The position numbers and the translations under genes were made by a program. The notes under the pieces are model-generated. The model searched no databases. It had not been told where the DNA came from and saw nothing but the letters and a program-made list of their open reading frames with translations. Of a stretch of DNA of 64,000 bases, positions 27,944-36,577 are shown piece after piece; positions within the stretch are counted from its first letter, which is position 1, and each line of letters starts with the position of its first letter. The DNA is from an uncultured Candidatus Binatia bacterium (GTDB lineage: Bacteria > Desulfobacterota > Binatia > UBA9968 > CAXXLF01), in NCBI GenBank assembly GCA_965218425.1, contig OZ244621.1:4010812-4074811 (forward strand), written 5' to 3'.

Positions 27944-28686
27944 TTCCCTACCCTTTGTGCAGCAGACAAGAAAAAGTCTACTTTGGAGACTCCCCCGTCC
28001 TTGATCTCAACCGGCTTCTCCAGCGTTCCCAGACTCTCGTGCCAAACCTTCAAACGATAATTCCCTGGAGGTATGTCACGGATTTCATATTTACCAAGGA
28101 TGTCTGTCACGGCGTGGTAAGGGTGCTCCGTCACAACAATGTAAGCCCTCATCCAGGGGTGGACATCACAAAAAAAGGGGACGACACCAGGGCTCACTAG
28201 CGGTTTCCGACTCACCTTTCCTGGGTAGAGACCGAGATTAAAATCGGGTTGTCCACCCTTGAAATAAGCATGGGCGGTGTGAAGGATGGGGTCGCTGTTT
28301 CTAACCGCCAACCATTGCCCTACGCTGGCCGCCTGCACACGGGGCACAAAGCGGCACTCTTTGTTGTCCAACTCATTCACCACCTCCCGCTCCACTCTCT
28401 TTCCCCTGGTCACTCCCTCCAGGGTCAAAACGGCATATCGGACCCCAGCCTCAAATCCCACAACAATGCTTTCGTTGGGAACCCCTTCGCACACTTGTTT
28501 AAATTTAAATATCTCCGGCGCCGGGAGCTGGTCTAGTTTTCCTTGCAGCTTTACGACACCCTTGATCATCCCTCCGTCAGTAACCTGAACGCCCTCGTAG
28601 CCTCCGATCACCGAAGGGGAAAAGAGCAAAGCTAAAAATACCAAAATTGAACAGAACGTCTCTCTTGCATTGCACATCATGACCAT
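27940..28686 (-). CDS. Secreted cupredoxin (type-1 copper) domain protein flanked by carboxypeptidase-regulatory-like beta-sandwich segments
   Basis: Signal peptide; ...LHTAHAYF... and FFCDVHPWMRAYIVV (Cys-x2-His-x2-Met blue-copper ligand set, amicyanin-like); C-terminal GKYEIRDIPPGNYRLKVWHE. Confidence 0.55.
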   Translation of the reverse strand: MVMMCNARETFCSILVFLALLFSPSVIGGYEGVQVTDGGMIKGVVKLQGKLDQLPAPEIFKFKQVCEGVPNESIVVGFEAGVRYAVLTLEGVTRGKRVEREVVNELDNKECRFVPRVQAASVGQWLAVRNSDPILHTAHAYFKGGQPDFNLGLYPGKVSRKPLVSPGVVPFFCDVHPWMRAYIVVTEHPYHAVTDILGKYEIRDIPPGNYRLKVWHESLGTLEKPVEIKDGGVSKVDFFLSAAQRVGK

Positions 28687-28855
28687 CAGCTAGAGCAAGG
28701 TGTATGCCAGAGAAATGATAGATAGGCATTCAGCAAGGGCTACGGCTTTCCTTAGAATTCGGAAATTCATGTGAGAATAGTCCCACCTGCAAGAACCAGG
28801 CACTGAAAGGCCCCTATCCAACAACGAAATCTCCATCTCCGGATTGGCACATTTT

Positions 28856-29041
28856 ATGCAAATTCTAATTTAGTCAATTTAAGGAGGACGGCAACAGACT
28901 TTTTCAGAGCTCTCCCGGGCCGGAGTCCGCTACGCATTGGAGTTGGCGAAAGTGGTCAAAGCCGAGGTCACCGTATATCACGTGGTAAGCCAGGGCGAAC
29001 TCATGTGGATTTGGGAGCCGGCCACGGGTCGGATTCTCTGA
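28856..29041 (+). pseudogene. Universal stress protein N-terminal remnant
   Basis: The frame reads ...SELSRAGVRYALELAKVVKAEVTVYHVVSQGEL... (USP N-terminal consensus) and ends after about 60 aa; a short MQILI* frame sits just upstream; no full-length USP is present. Confidence 0.4.
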
Positions 29042-29573
29042 TACCCCCCCGATGCTTGATAAATACCATGAGCGTCGCGGGGGTTTGCCTTTTCTCCTTC
29101 ATGGGGGCATGAAGAAGAGATTGCTCCCCACTGATTTTCTTTGCACTTCTTTATGGCCTCCACCACACGGAAAAATCCGGAAAGTAAAAGCCGCAAGAAG
29201 CTGGGTCGGATTCCCCTGCCACAGAAAACGAGCCGTCCCCAAACCACCAAAAAGGGAAAGAAGGGTTACGATCGTATGAGGGACAGAAAAGACATTTTGA
29301 AAGAGGGAGCGGATGACCTTGAGTAAAAGCAGCAACCAAAAGGTCGGCACCAGGGGAACCAACAGTGTTGAGTGTAAAGTGTTAAGCGAGGGAAAAATTC
29401 AAAAAATCGGGAATGATCGATTCTTAACACTGGAGGCTCAGCACTCAACACTTCCTCGCTGAAGGTTGACGTTTGAACGGTATCCCCCCTCAACCCTCGT
29501 TATTCGTCACTCATTAGATTAGCCGCTCTGTGCGATCCCCTGCCACCGATAATTGCCGGTCATATTGGTCGGC

Positions 29574-30137
29574 TTAGTGGTGCTTGCCCACGGGTCTGAC
29601 CGTGCTTGCCTGGGGCCCCTTCTCCCCCTCTTCTTCAGCGAAATGCACTTCCGTCCCCACCGCCATATGCTCGAAGTGACCGTCTACCACGCTGTTCCTA
29701 TGAAAATAAATTTCTCGTCCGTCATCGGTTGCAAGAAAGCCATAGCCTTCTTGGGTAAAGACCTTACTGACTCGAGCCACGGGGACCCCTCCATGGCCCT
29801 TTACTTCACCGCGCCGGCGATGGGCGTAATCCTGCAATTGGCGACGAGCAGCGTCAAAGGCTTCTTGAATGGAGACATAAACATCTTCATGGGTGCTATG
29901 CTTGGACGGTTCCCTGTTGATCACCACCTCCCACCCGGGCACTTTGACGTCCACGCGTACGTGATAGACTATGCCCTTGTGGTGGTGCCGATGGGGAACC
30001 TCCACAACGACCCGGCAGCTCGTAATCCTGTCATAGAACTGATCCAACTTCGCCGCCTTATCACGGATCTCCTCCTCGATGGTTTTCGAGGAATCCATGT
30101 TACGAAAGGTAATCTGCAACGCAACCGTCATAGTCAT
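29574..30137 (-). CDS. hpf: Ribosome hibernation promoting factor (HPF/RaiA) with a C-terminal cold-shock (CspA-like) domain
   Basis: N-terminal ~110 aa TVALQITFRNMDSS...HEDVYVSIQEAFDAARRQLQDY is the RaiA/HPF fold; C-terminal ARVSKVFTQEGYGFLATDDGREIYFHRNSVVDG...GTEVHF carries CSD RNP1/RNP2-like motifs (EGYGFL, IYFHR). Confidence 0.75.
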   Translation of the reverse strand: MTMTVALQITFRNMDSSKTIEEEIRDKAAKLDQFYDRITSCRVVVEVPHRHHHKGIVYHVRVDVKVPGWEVVINREPSKHSTHEDVYVSIQEAFDAARRQLQDYAHRRRGEVKGHGGVPVARVSKVFTQEGYGFLATDDGREIYFHRNSVVDGHFEHMAVGTEVHFAEEEGEKGPQASTVRPVGKHH

Positions 30138-30188
30138 TTCCTCCAGAAAAATGCTTATTCAAAAAACAATCGTATGGAACCGGGAAGG

Positions 30189-30605
30189 TTACTCTTCCAT
30201 TTGTTCCAGGAAGCAACGCAAAACGTCCACGTAAGTGATAATTCCCATCAAACCGACGTCCGGATCCACCACGGGAATACCACCCACTTTCTCCTCAATC
30301 AATAGCTCCACCGCCTCTCTTAGGTCATCGTCCGGGGCCAGAGTGATGGGTTTATCGGTCATGATCGTAGCAACCTTGGTCTTCATGGCCACTTCCCGCT
30401 CCTCAAGGTAACTGAGGCTACGACCGCCGAGAAAGGATCGAATATCCCGGTCCGTGATAATCCCTATGAGCTCCTTTTCCTTGATGACCGGGAGCTGCCG
30501 AATGTTCTCCTCATCCATAATCTCCAGTGCCTGCTCTATGGAGTCCTCACCTACGACGCTCACGGGGTTGGTCGTCATCAAATGGGCCACCTTCATCATC
30601 TGCAC
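30189..30605 (-). CDS. CBS-domain pair protein
   Basis: Two CBS motifs (VAHLMTTNPVSV..., IGIITDRDI...; GIPVVD...GIITYVDV). Confidence 0.75.
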   Translation of the reverse strand: MQMMKVAHLMTTNPVSVVGEDSIEQALEIMDEENIRQLPVIKEKELIGIITDRDIRSFLGGRSLSYLEEREVAMKTKVATIMTDKPITLAPDDDLREAVELLIEEKVGGIPVVDPDVGLMGIITYVDVLRCFLEQMEE

Positions 30606-31135
30606 CTCCTATTCAAAGTCCCATAGACCATTCGATCCCATTGCACCCTCTTTGAAAAAATATAAGGGATATTATCAACTGCACGCAGCGGGTTGGAATA
30701 CTTCTCATCTCTCATGAAATCATCTGAGCGTTTTTTTCACCGGCATTAAACCGCGCAATCCATGCCAACGTTCTTGGCCCTGGAGTGGAGGAAAAACTGA
30801 TTTTTTAAACAGTTAGAATTGATTTCCCGACCAGGCATTCTTATATGTAAGAAAACAAAAACTTTATATTTCATGGGCGGGAAGCTATATCCTTGACCTT
30901 CAAAGAAACAATCAAAGCCACAGGGATAGTGCCCTAGCAGTTATAATTTCTATTCCCTTTGCCAAATTACTACCAACGATCCCTCTGTCAATATCGAACG
31001 CAGGTTCACTGCGCCAGTCCCACTGAATCATCCATATTCAATATGCTCCAATATGAATATTTTTCCAAGATTGAGAATGCACCACAATTTTTTTAATAAA
31101 TTCAATGGTCTTAAGCCAGATCATACTGGCATCCT

Positions 31136-31928
31136 TTGTGCGTTTCATACACTAAGAGGAGGCTTCATAGAATCGGAGCTGATATGGAAGCTCTAGCAAG
31201 AGCCGTAGAAGAGGAGGGAATCTGCATGTACACCAAGATCCTGGTTCCATCATTGGATGGTCCCGAGCGATCAGAACGGATACTCCCTCCCTCCCGCTCG
31301 CTCCACGGTGGAATCCCTTAAACTTGAGGTGGAGTCGCTGCAGGTTATCGACCCCAATGTGGCAACGGCCTTCGCAGATCCGGGACATGGCCGTTACGTG
31401 GATCGGGTGAACTCCAGCATGAGAAACAACAGCATCCACTACCTGGAGAGGATTGCCAATTCGTTCCCGGATCCGGCGAAAGTTTGCCGCAGTGTGGAGC
31501 TAGGCAACGCAGCGGAAGTCATCCCGGACAAGGCTGCGGTCCACGCGGGAACAATAATTGCCATGTCTACCTATGGCCGTTGCGGTGTCCAGCGTTGGCT
31601 CCTGGGAAGCACTGCCGACAGAGTGCTGCATGCAGCCCTTAACCCTCTGCTACTGCTCCGAGCCACCGACCAAACCCCGTTGAGTGAAACCGGATTGTTC
31701 ACAAAGATCGTGGTCCCCTTGGACGGCTCCCAACTGGCAGAACAAACTTTGCCCCATGTGGTCGAACGGGCGAAGAACCTGGGCCTGGAAGTGGTCCTGT
31801 TTCAGGTTTTCGATCCATTGTCACAAGGACCCATGCTCTATATGAAGCAGATAGGAGAGAAAATGCGAGAGGAGGCGAAGGACTACCTGGAGCTAAAAGT
31901 AAGGGGATTGGAAAAAGTGATGGACTAA
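31136..31928 (+). pseudogene. Tandem universal stress protein gene, frameshifted in a C-tract and 3'-truncated
   Basis: MYTKILVPSLDGPERSERIL (USP start) shifts frame in CTCCCTCCCTCCC (about 31280-31300) to ...STVESLKLEVESLQVIDP...HAGTIIAMSTYGRCGVQRWLLGSTADRVLH; a second USP module begins (KIVVPLDGSQLAEQTL) but stops after about 70 aa. Confidence 0.6.
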
Positions 31929-32325
31929 AGGAGGCATCCTACCTGTTGCCTCCGAGGCTGGGGTCCGGGTGGCCATGATCACCGGAGATAACCGAATCAC
32001 CGCAAAGGCCATCGCTCGTGATGTGGGACTCTACGGGGAATGTACAGTTGTCTTTACTGCCTTCCCTCTGCAGGAGTTCGCAGTATTAGGAATGTTGCGT
32101 TGCCGGGAGCGCACCCCGTTCTCGTCCAACCCCTGGCTTGTGGCCGCAGTAACAGTAAGCCTGAGCCTACAGATGCTGATCATCTATACACCATTGGCGG
32201 GGCTTTTCGGTGTAGTTCCTCTGGGACTTTTCCCCCGGCTCATTCTTATGGTCGGACTGGGGTTAGGCTACGTTATGGCTATCTTGATTGCCGATTTCGT
32301 AGTCAAGCGCCTGGGACCCATCTAG
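31921..32325 (+). pseudogene. C-terminal fragment of a P-type cation-transporting ATPase
   Basis: ...AGVRVAMITGDNRITAKAIARDVGL (hinge motif) followed by the last two transmembrane helices; the in-frame sequence begins abruptly inside the preceding USP remnant; no N-terminal ATPase domains are present. Confidence 0.7.
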
Positions 32326-32603
32326 GTTTCCTACCCCTGCTCGCTACCCCAGGACTCCTCATATTCAAAACAAAAATGTTGTACCAAGCTTAAGCCGGTG
32401 GTATCATTGAGCAAATAAAGTGAAGGGGTCTCTGTCTGATGTTGGTGAAATATCCCGCCCGACCTGGTCCTTTTGCTCAGCTTCGTTCCAGGAGCCGTTT
32501 GAGGACCATTTTGATTGTTAAATCATCCCGTCAATATTCGATCCCTCGTGACCGTTAACAGAACAGCATCAGGATTCGTGCCATTGGTGGGGAGGCCACT
32601 GCT

Positions 32604-34151
32604 TTGACTGCACATCACTTTGACGCGATCATCTTCGATCTCGACGGCGTTGTTACCGATACCGCAAAGGTTCACGCCACCGCGTGGAAAGAGCTGTTTG
32701 ATGCTTACCTCAAAATGAGGGAGGGAAGGGACAAAGAAGCGTTTACTCCCTTCGATCTCGGTTCAGATTACCTCACCTACGTCGATGGAAAGCCCCGCTA
32801 CGATGGGGTTCAAAGCTTTCTCGAGTCACGAAACGTTCATATTACCCGGGGGGAACCCTCCGATAAAACAGACAAAGAAACCGCCTGTGGCCTTGGAAAC
32901 CAGAAGAACCGGCGGTTCAGCCAGATACTGGAGAGGGACGGGGTTGAGATTTTTCGCACCACGGTCAACCTCATCAAAGACCTGCGGGCCCAAGGCGTCA
33001 AAACGGCGATCGTATCGTCTAGCAAGAACTGTCAAGCCGTTCTCAGGATTGCCGGCCTCGAATCTCTTTTCGATAACAGGGTTGACGGAGGCGTATCAGA
33101 ATCCCTTGGACTCAAGGGTAAACCGGACCCCGACATATTTATCAAGAGCGCTGAGCTTCTCGGTGTCACGCCGAGTCGAGCCGCAATCGTAGAGGACGCC
33201 ATTTCCGGCGTGGAAGCAGGCCGAAGGGGGAAATTTGGTCTGGTTATTGGCGTGGACCGGCATGGGGATCCCAATAGCCTAACGGACAACGGCGCAGATA
33301 GAGTGGTAGAAGATCTGGGAGAAATCACCATTCATGAGATAGATGAGTGGTTTGAGCAGCATGGACCCAACTTACCGTCGGCTCTCGGACGTCTGGAAGA
33401 AATAAAGCAACGGATCGAGAAAAAAAGGGCCGTGGTTTTCTTCGATTATGACGGGACCCTGACTCCCATCGTGGAAAAGCCAGATCTAGCCATCATGTCC
33501 GAAGAGATGCGGGACGTGGTGCGTCAACTGGCTGTCACCTTGACCGTGGGAATCGTTAGCGGTCGCGCGCGTCCAAAGGTCCACAGCTTTGTTAAGCTGG
33601 ATGAACTGACCTATGCGGGAAGCCACGGTTTTGATATTGCATGCCCTGGTCGATCCCAGATCCTGCACGAGGCGGGGAAACGCTTTTTGCCTGCCATTGA
33701 TAAAGTCTACAAGGAAATCTCGAAACTGGTGGAACCCATTCAAGGGTCCCTGGTGGAACACGCTGGATTCTCCGTTTCCGTTCATTACCGGTTAGTCTCC
33801 GATGACCAGGTGCCACGGATGGAGAGCATGGTGGATCAACTTATCAAAGAAAATCCCACCTTACGTAAGACCCATGGCAAAAAGGTCTTCGAGATTCGAC
33901 CCAAGATCGATTGGGATAAAGGCAAGGCCGTGCTGTGGATTTTAAAAGCCCTGGACCTTGATACTCCTGACGTGATGCCTTTCTATCTTGGCGATGACAC
34001 CACCGATGAGGATGCCTTTCGAGCACTGGAAAAAAGAGGCATCGGCATACTGGTGACCGACGCGCCCAAATCCACAAGGGCGTCCTATACCCTTAAGGAT
34101 ACGGATGAAGTCCGAAAATTTTTGCTCTCCTTAATCAATCTGGTGAAATAG
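32604..34151 (+). CDS. Bifunctional HAD hydrolase: beta-phosphoglucomutase-like N-domain fused to a trehalose-6-phosphate phosphatase (OtsB-like) C-domain
   Basis: N-terminal [15 protein letters not shown] ... C-terminal [14 protein letters not shown]...[10 protein letters not shown] (T6PP motifs); 515 aa. Confidence 0.75.
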   Translation: MTAHHFDAIIFDLDGVVTDTAKVHATAWKELFDAYLKMREGRDKEAFTPFDLGSDYLTYVDGKPRYDGVQSFLESRNVHITRGEPSDKTDKETACGLGNQKNRRFSQILERDGVEIFRTTVNLIKDLRAQGVKTAIVSSSKNCQAVLRIAGLESLFDNRVDGGVSESLGLKGKPDPDIFIKSAELLGVTPSRAAIVEDAISGVEAGRRGKFGLVIGVDRHGDPNSLTDNGADRVVEDLGEITIHEIDEWFEQHGPNLPSALGRLEEIKQRIEKKRAVVFFDYDGTLTPIVEKPDLAIMSEEMRDVVRQLAVTLTVGIVSGRARPKVHSFVKLDELTYAGSHGFDIACPGRSQILHEAGKRFLPAIDKVYKEISKLVEPIQGSLVEHAGFSVSVHYRLVSDDQVPRMESMVDQLIKENPTLRKTHGKKVFEIRPKIDWDKGKAVLWILKALDLDTPDVMPFYLGDDTTDEDAFRALEKRGIGILVTDAPKSTRASYTLKDTDEVRKFLLSLINLVK

Positions 34152-34156
34152 AGGTT

Positions 34157-36553
34157 TTGATGAGCGAGTGGATACTTGAATACGATGGGTTCGACCAAGA
34201 CCAGGAGCGTCTCCGGGAGGCCCTGTGTACCCTGGGAAATGGCTATTTTGCAACGCGTGGGGCCGCCGCAGAGGCTACAGCCACCGTCATCCACTATCCG
34301 GCCACCTACCTTGCCGGGGGATTTAACCGGCTGACGACCGATATCGCAGGCCGATCGATTGTCAACGAAGATCTAGTCAACTTCCCCAACTGGCTTCGTC
34401 TAACGTTCCAGCTCGACGGTGGCGAATGGTTTAACATTTTAGCCGTTGAAATCCTCTCCTACCGCCAGGAGCTTCATCTGAAAAATGGTCTGCTGGTACG
34501 CAACGTACGTTTTCGCGATAAACAGGGGAACGAATTTACGATATCAAGCCGGCGATTGGTCCATATGGGCAATCCCCACCTTGCGGCCATGGAGACCAGT
34601 ATCACCTCGGAGAACTGGTCCGGCAAGATGAAGGTAAAATCGGAATTGGACGGCTCCGTAATCAATGCCGGTGTCGATCGTTATAAACAACTCAACTCGA
34701 AACACCTAGAGACCCTCTCCATGGGAAAAGTAAATGATGAGACCGTCCATTTACTGGTTAGAACCACCCAGTCACGCATCGAAATGGCTCAGGCCGCCAG
34801 GACTCAGCTCTTTAGTAGCAATGGTAAGCGATTGACATCGAAAACCCGCACCTACGAGGAACAGGAAACCGTCGGTCAAGAGCTCGAATTTGACCTCGTA
34901 AAGGGAAAAACCGTCAAAGTCGAAAAGATCGTTTCCCTCTACACGTGCAGAGACAGCGCCATATCGGAGTGCTCACTGGCCGCACGTGACGCCGTTTCAA
35001 CTTGTGGGCGGTTCCGGGAGCTCCTCGAATCCCACACCAGGGCGTGGCATTCCCTGTGGCGCCGATACGACGTGGAAGTCCGTGCGCGTGACCAAGCCCA
35101 ACTGGTCCTCAGACTGCATATCTTTCACCTCTTGCAGACCATATCTCCCCATACCATCGGCCTCGACGTGGGAGTGCCCGCCAGGGGTCTCCATGGTGAG
35201 GCCTACCGTGGACATATCTTCTGGGATGAGATGTTCATGTTCTTTTTCTATACCCTGAGGATCCCGGAGGTGACCCGCTCCCTACTTCTCTATCGGTACC
35301 GGCGCCTCGACGCGGCACGCTTGGGGGCTAAAGAGGCGGGCTATGAGGGCGCCATGTATCCATGGCAAAGCGGCAGCGATGGAAGCGAAGAGACCCAGAG
35401 ACTTCACTTAAATCCAATCTCCGGGCGTTGGCTGGACGACCATAGCCGCCTGCAACGCCATGTCAACATCGCCATCGTTTATAACGTCTGGCAATACTAC
35501 CAGGCATCCGGGGACATGGAGTTTTTGGTCTACTATGGGGCAGAGATGATGCTGGAGATCGCCCGCTTTTGGGCGAGCATCTCCACCTACAACAAAAAGA
35601 CCAAGCGCTACGAGATCAAGGGTGTCATGGGCCCTGATGAATATCACGAGAAATATCCCAATACTGAAAAGGGTGGCCTGAACAACAACGCCTACACCAA
35701 CGTCATGGCGGTCTGGCTGCTGGAACGAGCCATCGCGGTTTTGAATCTCCTGGATGAGGAACGCCGGGACGAACTGTTTGAAGAGCTGCAATTGAAAAAA
35801 GAGGAGATCGAGCGCTGGAAGGATATTACCCGCAAAATGACCGTTGTATTTCATGGCGATGGCATCATCAGTCAATTCGAAGGGTACGATCAACTGGAGG
35901 AGTTCGACTGGGAACGCTATCGGAAGAAATACGGGAATATAGGACGCCTAGACCGGATACTGGAAGCCGAAGGAGATACCCCAGACCACTATAAGCTATC
36001 GAAACAGGCCGATGTGCTGATGGTGTTTTACCTGCTTCCCATCGAGGAAGTGCAGCGAATTTTTCGACAACTCGGATACACTTTTGACAAGGCAACCTTT
36101 CGCAAGAACGTGGACTACTACATGGAACGAACTTCCCACGGTTCAACCCTCAGCCGGGTCGTGCATGCTTTCATCCTGGCCCATATCGATCCGTCGAGGT
36201 TTTGGGCGTTTTTTGCCGAGGCTTTAAAATCAGACATTGCCGATATTCAGGGCGGCACCACCAAGGAAGGTATCCATCTAGGCGCCATGGCGGGTATCGA
36301 TGATCTTCTTCTGGGCTGCTATGCGGGAATTGAAACCTGGGGTGAGCACATAGCGTTTGATCCAGTTCTTCCCGGCGGGATGCGAAAACTTCACCTCAGG
36401 CTCCGCTACCGAGGGCGATGGTATGAACTCGATATGGGCAAAGGGCGTTTACGCGTGTCCGTGGGCAAAGACGGCAAGGAACCGGTCCCCATTTCAGTCA
36501 AAGGAAAGACTTACCACATCAAACCCGGCCAATCTCAGAACTTCAAGTTATAA
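34157..36553 (+). CDS. Glycoside hydrolase family 65 disaccharide phosphorylase (kojibiose/trehalose/maltose phosphorylase-like)
   Basis: 798 aa; N-terminal ...RLREALCTLGNGYFATRGA, the catalytic alpha/alpha-toroid central domain and the typical length; 5-bp spacing after the phosphatase gene. Confidence 0.85.
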   Translation: MMSEWILEYDGFDQDQERLREALCTLGNGYFATRGAAAEATATVIHYPATYLAGGFNRLTTDIAGRSIVNEDLVNFPNWLRLTFQLDGGEWFNILAVEILSYRQELHLKNGLLVRNVRFRDKQGNEFTISSRRLVHMGNPHLAAMETSITSENWSGKMKVKSELDGSVINAGVDRYKQLNSKHLETLSMGKVNDETVHLLVRTTQSRIEMAQAARTQLFSSNGKRLTSKTRTYEEQETVGQELEFDLVKGKTVKVEKIVSLYTCRDSAISECSLAARDAVSTCGRFRELLESHTRAWHSLWRRYDVEVRARDQAQLVLRLHIFHLLQTISPHTIGLDVGVPARGLHGEAYRGHIFWDEMFMFFFYTLRIPEVTRSLLLYRYRRLDAARLGAKEAGYEGAMYPWQSGSDGSEETQRLHLNPISGRWLDDHSRLQRHVNIAIVYNVWQYYQASGDMEFLVYYGAEMMLEIARFWASISTYNKKTKRYEIKGVMGPDEYHEKYPNTEKGGLNNNAYTNVMAVWLLERAIAVLNLLDEERRDELFEELQLKKEEIERWKDITRKMTVVFHGDGIISQFEGYDQLEEFDWERYRKKYGNIGRLDRILEAEGDTPDHYKLSKQADVLMVFYLLPIEEVQRIFRQLGYTFDKATFRKNVDYYMERTSHGSTLSRVVHAFILAHIDPSRFWAFFAEALKSDIADIQGGTTKEGIHLGAMAGIDDLLLGCYAGIETWGEHIAFDPVLPGGMRKLHLRLRYRGRWYELDMGKGRLRVSVGKDGKEPVPISVKGKTYHIKPGQSQNFKL

Positions 36554-36577
36554 GAAATAAACGCCCAACCGACTCTA

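Noticed and set aside
29553-30305. 250-aa plus-strand ORF overlapping hpf and the CBS gene
   Set aside because: The opposite strand encodes proteins with strong family signatures (HPF, CSD, CBS); this frame has no recognisable features.
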